A DNA stretch of 64,000 bases from Selaginella moellendorffii (Eukaryota; Plantae; Lycopodiophyta): assembly GCF_000143415.4 (NCBI RefSeq), contig NW_003314267.1, positions 641,394 through 705,393 on the forward strand, given 5' to 3'. The notes under the pieces are model-generated. The model ran no database searches, was not told the origin of the DNA, and worked only from the letters and a program-made list of their open reading frames with translations. Numbering within the stretch: position 1 is the stretch's first letter; each line of letters begins with the position of its first letter. Position numbers and translations under genes: made by a program. Shown here piece by piece: positions 38,631-49,718 of this stretch.

Positions 38631-38824
38631 TGTAAGCAACCAAAGGGAATGACTTGAGAGACGGTCCATGGGGTTCAAATATAGAGGGAAAGGGCCCATG
38701 AATAAGAGTGCACCCCCTTTTCCAATTGGTTAAGGGTCTTGGGATAGTTAGAGTTAAGCGTCCTTGGGTTTGAATAGTACTGGGCTGGGTGACCTCCTGG
38801 GAAGTCCAAACTCAGGAGCTTACA
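38631..38824 (+). mobile_element. Family E Cassandra-like solo LTR (194 bp)
   Basis: TGTAAGC...GCTTACA ends. TSD AATAG at 38626-38630 and 38825-38829. Confidence 0.93.
38752..38807 (+). promoter_or_regulatory. 5S rRNA-derived Pol III internal control region (A-box, intermediate element, C-box) within the LTR
   Basis: AGTTAAGCGTCCTTGGGTTTGAATAGTACTGGGCTGGGTGACCTCCTGGGAAGTCC matches about 49/56 positions of the plant 5S consensus recalled from memory. Confidence 0.85.
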
Positions 38825-41800
38825 AATAGCTGGTTTACACAATAGAAGGATTGGTAGATTGAGTGCGGAAATGGAGGTGCTGGTTCCCCTTGGCTCAGTA
38901 GAGGTTGCTAGTCAATAGTCAATGAGGACATTGACATCTCTGAAGGGGGGGGTGAGTGTAGCGCATGTAATCATGGGATGAGATTTGGATATACTATCAC
39001 CATGGATCTTTGGAACTTTGGGGGATAAATGGGGATAAAATAGCCACTAAGGGCTCTCTCATCAAGCCATTGCCCCTTTTCCAGTTGGCTTAAGAGATAA
39101 GGTGCTCTACTCAAGTCATAAGAAAGGTATTTCCAAAAGAAAACAACTTTGACACAAAGTTGTGTGTAAACATTATGGTACATACTAATGGATAGTTGGC
39201 ATGAAAAACAACGGTATCGATTTTGGCAAAGACCTAGACATAAGTAAAAAGTGTTATAAAGGTAGGCTTGTGGAGCCAATGATGTGGAGACACCGAATGC
39301 ACCAAGGTATGATGCCTTGAGATCAAGTTGGCAGGTTCATAAGAACCTCTTCCCAAAGGAATCCTAATGGAAATGGGAATGGCATAGCCTAAGCTGGAAG
39401 ACATGTGGTTGGAGTGTGGTGACCCAAATAATGATGAAGGTGTGGAAGCACTAGCAATGAGTTGTAGGACTTGACAAATATGAGGCAACTAAGCAAAAAG
39501 TGCAAAATTATTGATTAAATTAGTAGAAAGTAATTACCTAAGACTTTTATTGGGATAAAGAAATTAAATATACCCTTATGGGGGATAAATTGCTCATATT
39601 GCAATATAATAAGTCAATGTTGTAAAAAGAATGCTCATTGTCAAAAGAAGGCTATCATTAGGACACCCAAACACTTTAAAACACTAGGAAGTGGTGTTTG
39701 GTGTCATGAGGGCATTAGATAATACCCAAGGGACTAAGTCCCTAGCGAATGATAGGTAAGAAGTGTTATCAAAATGTCCAAAGTTGCAAAGACGAAAGAA
39801 CACGAATTAGACAAAACCAAAAAGGGATTTTGGCAAGGCTAGTCATAGGCATATAAAGGCCCATAAGTAGTAACATTAATCCCGGTGTGTGGGATTATAA
39901 GGTGAGCATACCCAGATTGAGGAACCACTCCCTAGGCTATTGAGTAAATTCATCCCTATGAATACTTGCTAAGGCATGGTAGAAAGTACAAAGCTATCCT
40001 CCTAGTCTAGAGGAGAATGACCAAAGGATAGAACCGAACCATAGAAATCGAAGGGCATAACCAAGGGTGGTTATGTAAATTAGGAGCAGAGAATCAAGTG
40101 GGGGCTCAAGTGGTTTATTATTAGTAACCGTGATACCATGGAGAGTTTAAATATGGAATTATCCATATTAGACCATATAGTAATTAAAAAGCTTGCAAAA
40201 AGGAGAGACAGAGTTCTTTCAAGGTTCCCAAAGACAAATTCTATGTAGCTGAGTACCTAGAAAGCCAAGTGTAAATGGTTCATAGAACGCACGAAATCAG
40301 AGTGGTGTAGCAGAAATGTGGTCTTGAGACTTGCCATGAGGCAAGGCTATCAAGGTTAGGGAAATAGTTCCTAAATGTTCAAAGGGATGGCTTTGAACAA
40401 AAGTTGATGGTTAAGGACTTTTATGCTTATGCATGAACCATGTTACGGTGGTCGGATGATTTGCTAAGTCGGGGGATGGTTGGCAAGTCGGGGGAACAAA
40501 TACTCTAGTTGAATGTGCTAACTTCAAAAGGGGTGGCCTATGGAGTACATGATCACAGACTTATCAAGTGAGAAGACTTGGTAGTATGGAGGAACTAAGT
40601 TCCTAAGCAGTGATTTGTAGTGCGCTTTAGGTATAAATTAGTGCACCAGCATGGGGAGTCATGCTAGGCAACCTGGGTGATGCCATCTATAGATGCATAT
40701 ATGGAGGTTGGGTTCGAGTCCCAAATCACTAGGGCATGGTGATGATTTGGAATATAAGGACACTCATATTTTGGTGGTTATAGGCTCTTAGTGAGGAAAC
40801 TAGCTTGGGCACACTGCCAAGCGGGGGATGCCCCAAAGTCGTGATGCATGATTAGATTGCCTAATGTGAAAACTTGGCATATCTAATTTGAACACTTTGA
40901 TGTAAGTAGCACCAAGGTTATGGTGAATGAGATGGGGACACCCAGTCTTAATTGTTATGGATCCTTGGCTGGAAGGGTTAGCTTGGGTGCACTGCTAAGT
41001 GTGGGGGATGCCCCCAGGGTCATAGTCAACAACTTGAAAAGTCTGGAAGACTTAATTCCTATTGGTAGACTTGTTTAGGGGTCAAAATGAGATTACAATG
41101 TGATCTTATGGCTAAACATGGACAAAGTCCTTGTTTGGGTTAAAGAATAAGATTCCTAGTTCAAAGTGTTAATTTGAACTATTAGTAAGAGGGTGACTTG
41201 ATCAAGGTGACCAAGTGGAAAAGACACCTAAAGAGAAATCAATTGTGTCAAAGCAATGGTGTAGTGAGTCCAAGAAAGTAGGCTCTAGGAAAGACCCATA
41301 AGAGGGTCATAAAGTTGAGCCATGGATAAAGCCTATAGTAGAAAATGCTAAAGAGACCTACTAAGGTTGAACACCTTTTAGACTCGGCAAAGTAAAGCTT
41401 TTGCCATGGAACCAAAAGAATACTTCAAAAATGGAGGTAGTGATTCTATATTGCTTGGTGCAACAATCAATGGATAGGAGCAAAAGTCTAGTAGCCAAGA
41501 AAATAGCCATAGGAATCATGGGACAAAACCCAAATGACAAAATTAGGCCAAAAACACTAATGTGTTGGATGCTAACGGATTGTGGGAAGGCAATGTGTTT
41601 CCAAAGAAGGCTTCCTAAATTGCTCCAATTTGGCAAAGATGGAAGTTCCAAGGGAGGGAGTAGTAAGGTAGCCAAATGATAAGGCCGTGGATAGCCCTAA
41701 CACAAATTATGATAATTAGAATTTCATGCCAAAGGTGGCATAAAATAGAAATGAGGAGGATAGTGCCCTCAGATAGAGAAATTCCTAGGATGGGGAAGTG

Positions 41801-44800
41801 GAGTTGCACAATATGTGCAATGCAAGGTGTCGAAGACACCCAGGAAATTGACTTTAAGAAGTCAAAATTAAAAAGTTCCAAGGTGCAAAGGTTATATCAA
41901 TAGGAATTGAAACTACTCAAGAATAAGTAGTGGGATTGAGATAAAAAAGGTGTCTCTAACAAGTTTAACAAGAACTAAACCAATAAAAGGAAAGAGCCAC
42001 CACAAATGGTCGAATATGTCTCTAAATTGAAAAAACTATGCTCCTTAGAAGATGGACAAAGCATGATGAACCTTCGGTGTCAAACCATTGATGAATATTA
42101 GCTAGGTGTCAAGGATGGAAAGGGTAATACATATTGGTGTTACTTTATAAAAGGGTTTATAGTTTGATGAGGACATCGAACTTCATCTATGGGTGGTGGA
42201 GTTGTGAGACATAAAAATCCCTAAGCCCCAAAGAGGAGCCAAAAGGGTGCCACGTGATAGTGGTTGAAGCAAAAGCCAAACAAACATAACACGTTGGACT
42301 AAAAGCTCTGACTTGAAAAATCGAGAGCGGGAGTGGAACTCCCAATGAAGTGCTCAAGGAACCAACACGAAGCGAGTAATAAGTGAGTCTCTAGAAAAGG
42401 GATACAAGAGGACCAACACATGAGATGTGGAGGAGTCCGAAATGAAGTTTGAGGTGGAGAGTACCCATAAAGCTCACGTAAAGCCACAGTGTTCCGAAAT
42501 GTTGTCCCAAAGTCCCAGACTATGGAAAAGAAGAAAAGTGGTCCTCTGATGTAGTGACCAAGAATACGATCATGTGGTGAGGAAGTCCTAGAGGACAGTG
42601 GGACTTAGTGGTCGGGCCTGTGGGCCTTGTCCCAATGGCAATGTTAGCAAACTCGGCCCTGGACAGAAAAGGGACTTGGTGAGGATTGTAAAAAAGATAT
42701 TGGGCAAAGCTATTCCCCATGTCTACGGGCATTTTAAGGATGTTAAGGAGTGGACCTAGGATGGTCACTCATAGATGGATGGGCCAGTCTTTGAGAGACA
42801 TGACTGTGATACAGGTGGTGTTGGACCACTAGTGTGACCAAGGTGAATAGACATAACCTTAGTGTAACAGGCTAGTATGCCGGTGGTACCTTGGGGTGTC
42901 AGTCATGGGATTGAACACGTGGAGCACTTGGACCAAGTGCAATGGTTGAGTGGCATGGATGCCATTCTTGGGGCTAGCAAGTCCCTAAGTCTAGAATATA
43001 ACTTATGGAGGTTGTGAATGAGACTCCTCCAAGTGGTTGGAGGTGTGGTTAAGTGATTAAAGTAGAATGGAAAATTTAGTCACTTATATAAAATATATGT
43101 ATTTCTAGAAATGAACTGATCTTGAGTTTCTTAAATAGGTTCGCAGGGCCTTATGAGGTTGAGGCTCAAATTGGTAAAGTGGCTTACTACCTCTAACTTC
43201 CTTGGGAGATGAGGAAGATGCACCATATGTTTCATGTGAACTTATTCAAGCCGTACTTTGAGGATTCGCTTCGTAAGGACCAAGTAAAACCATTACCCGA
43301 GGTTATCCAAGAAGAAGAGAAATACGAGGTTGAGGCCATCCTCAATGTGCGCAAAAGCAAGTGACAAGGACATAAGATGAGGGAGTTCCATCTGAAGTGG
43401 AAAGGATTTCCACATTGCGAAGCAACATTGGAATCAAAAGAGAACCTAACAAATGTGCAAGATCTAGTAGAGGAATTTTTGCAAGGTTGAACTCTATGTA
43501 CATATGCAAAGTTTAATTAAAGTATCCATTTGTGAAAATGAGCAATGTCATATGTTGGGACCCAAAGGCACACTGAATGTAAGTTAATTAGCATGGGTTA
43601 GCTAAGTTGATCAGGCAAATTGAACTACACCCAACTCCTGGCAAGGATGTCGAATCCATAGATATATTCCAAATCCCAACCCTCTAGTAAAGTAAAGTTG
43701 GGTTCAAGTCCCAACCCCATACTAAGGCGTGGTGAAGTGAGGGGTATAGGGATATCTATATTCCATTATCATGGGCTCTTGGTTGGGGAGGCTAATCTAG
43801 GCACACCACTAAATGTGGGGATGCCCCCGGAGACATGGTCAACAAGTCGTAGGATTAAAAAGAGACGTTTGATATGGGCAGCAAACTTCTTTTATGGGTA
43901 GTGGAGTTGTAAAGAACTAACTCCCCAAGGTGTCGTAGGCTAAAGGATCTCCGAAAGATGACCGAAATGATAAAAAAGAGTTTATCAAATGAGACTGAGT
44001 CCAAGATCAAGTCTGAGACCAACTCTGAATCTGAGACCAACTCTGAAACTAAGTCCGAGATCGAGTTCGAGACCGAGTCCAAAATCGACTCCAAAACCGA
44101 GTCTGAGACCGAGTTCAAAATCGAGTCTAAGATCCAAGATTGGGTTCAAGACTGGGTCTAAGATTGATTTCGAGACCAAGTTCAAGATCAGGTCTGAGAT
44201 CAAGTTTGAGATTGAGTCTAAGACCAAGGCCGAAGTCGAGTTTGAAATCGGGTCCGAGATCGAATTCAAGACCGATTCCAAATACTAATACAGGTTGTGG
44301 GGTGAAAGCCCAAAGCATGTGTTGTAGAGGGTTCCAAAAGTATAATAGGGATAATGAGGTTTAGGAATCAATCTTGAAAGAACTCTTCAATGGTGCTTCC
44401 AAATTAACTTGAGGTTGAGGGTTGAAAAAACTCTTCAATGGTGCTTCCAAATTAACTTGAGGTTGAGGGTTGAGACTAGAGCTTAAGGGCCTTAGGTGGG
44501 AGTGAGCATGGACTTGGGTGGTGTTAGAGGGGCCACCCAAGGAATTGCTCAAGAGCAACTCTTACTCCCATAAGGGAAATCAACTGTGGTGCTCCTGACT
44601 CATGTGGAGTGGTGCCCCACTTGAGTATCTATGGCTCATTGGTCCTCACCCTTCCTAGGGGCTTGGGCCTTCCCTTCAGGATGGAAGTGGGGGAGTAGGG
44701 GTACCCATAATAGGCCATTAGGCCACAGTGTTTCCTCTTCGTGTCTTGAAGCAAGTGTTGCACCCAAAGTTTGGGTTTAGAGGGTCTTATGATCAAGTTT

Positions 44801-45098
44801 TGTTGTACCAGAGGATGTTAAGAACTTGGAGGTTTATTCTGCTTGGTTGCTTGTGCATACAGGGAGTGTAGCCGAACTTTAAATCCAAAGGGGGATTAGG
44901 AGAGAATTTAGGAATCCGTGGATGGATGGCTAATGTTTTTTTGCTCATACAGTGAGTTGCTAAAACCAAGTAGAACCAAGAAAGAGTTAGTATAATAAGC
45001 GGGAACCTTGGTGAGAGAACTTAATCAAGACCAAGGCCATGGTGGTCAGATAAATGAAGTAAGCTAGTAAATTGAAAAGGAAAAATTTATGGCTTACA

Positions 45099-45414
45099 AC
45101 AGCCTAACAAATCCAAGCTAAAAGATATGCTCAAAGGTATCATAATCCAGATACAAAAGCAACATCATTTAGCATGGATGGGGTAGTGTATGCCCAAGAT
45201 GGGAACATCACAAATAGGAAGTTGGCATAGGATATCACAAAACCTTATAGAGTGGTAAGGTGGAGCAAGACTTACCCTAACACCTTGATTCTACATAAGA
45301 CACTACCAAGGAATCCTCTGAAGTTCATTTTGTGCCACCACTCAAGGTTGAACTTGGTTTGGGGCACCAAAATAGGGAACAAATGTATAAAAGGAGGAGA
45401 GTAAAGAAAAAAGA

Positions 45415-45445
<31 letters not shown>

Positions 45446-46560
45446 TGAGAAAAAAAAAGGAAAAAGAAGAAAACAAAGTGAAAATGACCTTGGATTCCTT
45501 AGATTAAAAACTTTGCAAAAATTTAATTCAAGTGAAAGTTCTCTAAAAGATCTTTATACAAGCAGAAATGGTGAAGTCCCAGACAATGATCTCAATTGAA
45601 CCCTAGGAGATCGATGACCCAAATTAAACAATGTGAAGAATGCAACCCCAAGGTATTTCACACTTAGGGTTCTCAGCAAGGTGAGGAATAAGGAGAAGGA
45701 GGAGCTTAGGCAGCTTGCATCTTGGTGAGTGATGAGCAAGAACCAAGATGGGCTATTACCCCCTTCATTGTCATCACTTAAGAAGAAGGGCACAAATCCT
45801 CCTATGGCAATCCCCTAAGCAAAGATCTGCAACTATAGAGCAAGTGAAATCCATCAATGCAAGACTATGGCAGCAAAGAGGAGTTGGGAAGAATGTAAAA
45901 GAGTCATCCCCAACTAAAAGAGGTAGGATTGAAGTTAATCTCACTCAAGAAGAGATTGGCAAGCCAAGAGATGACTCAAAGGACACCATTAGTAAGCTAG
46001 AAGGCAAGGATGAGGACATCTCAAAGGATGCAAAAGCATTACTTGAGCTTGGGAAGACAACTAAGGAGTTAGTGTAGAAGATAGGGTCACCTATTGAGCA
46101 AGTGGTAAAGATAGGGGTAGGGGAAGTTAATATCAAAAAAATGCTAAAACGAAAGGAATTTTGGATGGGCTTGGAGATTCCTATAAAGTAGTAGGTATAG
46201 AAATTTTCTACTTCAACTCAAGGAGAGATGGTGAAGAAGGTTTTAAGAGGTACTAGTAGGTTGATATTGAAAATTTAGTTGTTGCTAAGGACAATTAGGA
46301 ATACAATGAAGCCCTAGAAATCCAATAGAGATAGGATTTGTTTGCTGGCATACAAAATGAACATGGGAGAATTAGCAAAGAAGTATAGGCTTAAATAAGA
46401 CTTGAAGAAGTAAGATGCAATTGCATTGTATCCTAGGGGCAACAAGGTTGTGCCAACATGCTGTCCAAACCCTAGAAATAGTAGAAATCATGTTTGATCA
46501 ACATGGCATCTAGGCTGTGATATGGGGATGTATAAATATTCTTTAAAAGTTATGAAAAGA
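45099..46560 (+). mobile_element. Family C relic, second copy (integrase tail and downstream region)
   Basis: Aligns to 21580-22450 and to 24040-26240 without the solo LTR. Confidence 0.7.
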
Positions 46561-46589
46561 GATTTTGTAGAGAATAATTCAAAAGATAA

Positions 46590-48671
46590 TCCATAAAAGT
46601 TCAAATATAAAGGGAAAAGGCTCATAAATATTAATGCACCCCTTTTTCTAATCGGTTAAGGGTTTTGGGATATTTAGAGTTAACCATCTTTAGGTTTGAA
46701 TAGTATTGGGTTAGGTAACCTTCTGGGAAGTTCAAATCTAAGAGTTTACATTTGGTATCAAAGGGGTTTTGGTTTTGGCTAGGGGAATCACACTACATAT
46801 TGATTAACATCTAGCAGGTTTAGTTTACTTTGGCTATACTTGATTCGAGGGGTAGGGTGTGAAGAGAGCGGGGCTCTTGGGAGAGTTGCAACTCTCAACT
46901 TTCATTCACAAGAGCATGAACTTACAAGGAAATATGGTAAATTGTAAGCAACCAAAGACAACGACTCAAGAGATGGGAAAGGGCCCATTGTAAGCGACTA
47001 ATTTTTCCATTCTACTTTAGTCACTTAACCATACTTTCAACCACTTGGAAGAGTCTCATTCACAACCTTCATAAGTCCAATTCAGGATTTGGGACTTGCT
47101 AGCCCCGAAAATGGCATCCATGCCACACAACCTTTGCATTAGGTCCAAGTGCTCCACGTGTCCGGTCCCATGACCGACACCCCAAGGTACCACCGACATA
47201 CCAGCTTATTACGCTAAGGCCATGCCCATTCACCTTGGTCACACCAGTGGTCCAACACCACCTGCGTCGCAGTCCCCTCTCTCAAAGACTGAGTTATCCA
47301 TCCATGAGTGACCATCTAAGATCCACTCGTTAGCATCCTTAAAATGCCCGCAGACATGGGGGACAACTTTCCCCAATATCCCTTTTACAGTCCTCACCAA
47401 ATCCCTTTTTTATCCATAGCCGTGTTTGCCAACACTGCCACTGGGACAAGGCCCACAGGCCTGACCACTAAGTCCCACTGTCCTCTGGGATTTCCTCACC
47501 ACATGACCATGTCCTTGGTCACTACATTAGAGGACCACTCCTCTTCCTTTCCATAGTCTGGGACTTTGGGACAACATTTCGAAACACTGTGGCCCTACGA
47601 AAGCCTCATGGGTACTCTCCCCACCTTTTGCCTTTTAGTGCTCTACCCATGGGCTTAGAGTGAGGTTCCATTGAAAGTTCCAAGGATCCACAGTGACAGT
47701 ATATCCAAATATCTTCCCATGATCACATGCGCTACAGGTGAGCTCCAAAAGTATAGTAGGGGGGAGGACTCTAATGGAACCAATTTGGCTAGGAAAGGTC
47801 AGTTTGGCCTAGGAAGGCTGTACCCAAGTGTTGGGTGATGGGATAACCACTGGGAAGTCCAAGGCTAGAGTGAATATGGATCGACAAGTGAAGTAGCTTG
47901 GTAAAGTGTTCAAAAGCCAGCTTTAGTTCCCCCGGGAGATCGAATGGTCGATGCTCCCAACCCAAGTGTGGGTGGCACTACCTACTTGGATACCTGGCAT
48001 GGCAGCTTAAGAGAGAGAGATAAAGTGCGCTACATCACCAAACCCCGTAGTGTTTGGGAGACAAACGCTTTGGGCTTTCACCCTCAAACTTGAACTTGGA
48101 CTCGGACTCAGGCTTGGGCTTGGGCTCGGGCCGGACTCGGATTCAGTCCCGGTCTTGGTCCCGGTCCCGGTCCTAATCTCAATCTCGACCTCGGACACCC
48201 CTCGGACTCCATCTTAGGTCCTTCTCGGACTCCATCTTAGACTCCATTTCAAACTCCATCTCAGACTCCATCTCGGTCCATCTCGGACTCCATCTTGGAC
48301 TCCATCTTGGGTCCATCTCGGACTTCATCTTGGGTCTATGTGTTGGTCTTATTGTGTCCCTTTTTCTAGAGACTCATTTATTGCTCGCTTCATGCTTGTT
48401 CCTTGAGCACTCCGTTGGGAGTTCCACTTCCACTTTCGACCTTTGAAGTTGAAGCTTTTAGTCCAAACGTGTTACATTTGTTTCGCTTCGGCCACTACCA
48501 CCTAGCACCCCTTCGGCTCCACTTTGGGGCTTAGGGATTTGTGTCTTACACCCATGAATAAAAATGCACCCCTTTTTCCAATTAATTAAGGGTTTTGGAT
48601 ATTTAGGATTAAACATCCTTGGGTTTAAATAGTATTTGATCTCCCAAGAAGTTCAAATATAGAAGATTACA
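46590..48671 (+). mobile_element. Family E Cassandra-like TRIM; 3' LTR interrupted by a family B solo LTR
   Basis: LTR1 ends TTTACA at 46750, PBS TGGTATCAAAG at 46753, internal region to 46942. LTR2 is 46943-46988 plus 48556-48671. Confidence 0.82.
46989..48550 (-). mobile_element. Family B solo LTR containing a family F solo LTR and an inversion
   Basis: TSD CCCAT at 46984-46988 and 48551-48555. Family F pieces at 47674-47736 and 48004-48034 with TSD TCACC. Confidence 0.9.
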
Positions 48672-48749
48672 AATTTGCACTAAAGGATCGTAGAGACCTG
48701 GAAGAAATCAATAGGAGAGCTAACTATAAAAAGGAAGATAATAGACCAT

Positions 48750-49661
48750 ACTTCAAATCTGGATGGATTAAATTTTGCTGCGTTGGGGTAAATGCTGTCA
48801 TCTAAGTGGATTGGTGGCATATAGACATGAATCATCCAATCTTTGGGCAAGGCGTAACCTGCTAACACCAACAAAGTAGACAAACAATTGGGAATTAGCG
48901 TCAATCAAATGTAATAAAACCTTTGTAGCTGATATCCTTAGTGATTTTACGTGTCACCACCCCCACAACATTAGAAAGCCTCAGACTTTCATAGACAGCC
49001 TGCAAAACCACTCCAATTAAATCTAACATAAAATTGGAGCTTAGTCCACAACCCTTAGAGTGGCTGGCATCTGTCTTGTGTCTTCCCAAGTTAAGCTGTA
49101 CTTGGTGGAGCTTTTACCAAGAAGGATTCTCCTTTGCTCCTCCTAGAAATCAAAACAGATTTTTTTAAAATAATAATAATAATAACCTCCACTTCCTTGA
49201 AAGCTTGTGGGTTCTCATTCAAGTGTTTGATCAGCCACATGAGAGCGAGAGCTGTGGTGTGGTGGCCTCCGAACAGCATTTTCATGAGATTGTCTTCCAC
49301 TTGTTGATTCGAGAGGAATCCAACCTTGTCATCTTTGTGTGTAATAAACTCGTCCAGTGCGTCTTTGTGCGTGTGAACGTTGGCAGCTAGTTCGGCCCTT
49401 CTCTCATTGATGAGCCCATCCAAGAATCTGTGGAGCCTTGCCTGGCCTGCTCAATTACAACAATAGATCCAGAATTAGAAAAATACAAAAACCACGCAAA
49501 AACCTGTAACGCTTTGCGATAAGGTGAGAAGGGTAAGTCAATTGGAAACTGGAGCACCCCATTCTCTATCGTTTGGACGTCTCGCATGAGATCGATCATC
49601 TCCGGAGTGGAGGGCAGGAGTTTCTGGCACACTAATCCAATCACCGTGCAGTAGCTAAACT
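48750..49661 (-). pseudogene. Partial inverted duplicate of the cytochrome P450 gene (middle exons only)
   Basis: Near-identical to 54035-54670 (MLFGGHHTT, ESLR, KFNPSRFE). Lacks the N-terminal exons and the heme-binding exon. Confidence 0.85.
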
Positions 49662-49718
49662 GGCAAGAGTATAAAACCAGATCAAACGATCAAGCCACAC
49701 AAAGACATGATGAAAACC

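Larger units (their letters stand above)
38245..39110 (+). mobile_element. Family F TRIM with ~160-bp LTRs
   Basis: LTR1 38245-38406 (TGTAGCGC...GCGCTACA). PBS TGGTATCAAAGC at 38409-38420. PPT at 38942-38956. LTR2 38957-39110. Confidence 0.88.
35731..43088 (+). mobile_element. Family B LARD-like element, copy 2, with both LTRs
   Basis: 5' LTR 35731-37403. PBS TGGTATCGGAGC at 37407-37418. PPT at 42191-42202. 3' LTR 42203-43088 is internally deleted. TSD TAAAA at 35726-35730 and 43089-43093. Confidence 0.92.
35725..43138 (+). other. Putative spliceosomal intron 2 in the family D integrase (51 nt once the family B insertion and one TSD copy are removed)
   Basis: AG|GTAAAA...CTGAT...ATAG|GT. 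Removal gives KLTKRFAGPYEV (GPY/F motif). Confidence 0.75.
34291..45098 (+). mobile_element. Family D degenerate chromovirus, 5'-truncated, interrupted by family B copy 2
   Basis: RT 34300-34740 (FSRIDLK..MPFGLCN..YIDNILIY), RNase H deleted, INT 34741-35724 plus 43139-43260, chromodomain ~43320-43490 (YEVEAILN..LKWKGF). PPT GGGTAGTGGAGT at 43896-43907. 3' LTR 43908-45098 (TGT..TTACA). Confidence 0.85.

Noticed and set aside
38752-38807. Genuine 5S rRNA gene
   Set aside because: Only ~56 of ~120 nt are present, embedded in a TSD-flanked LTR.
41715-41825. PHD-finger-like peptide (CQRWH..EIPRMGKWSCTIC) in the family B interior
   Set aside because: The cysteine pattern is incomplete, and the frame and second Cys are not kept in the homologous copy at ~655-745.
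34741-43490. Ginger-type DNA transposon as the explanation for the intron-containing integrase
   Set aside because: Upstream RT, a chromodomain, a PPT and a TG..CA LTR indicate an LTR retrotransposon, and no TIRs were seen.
44381-44474. 48-bp tandem duplication in the family D LTR
   Set aside because: An ordinary slippage duplication with no further signal.
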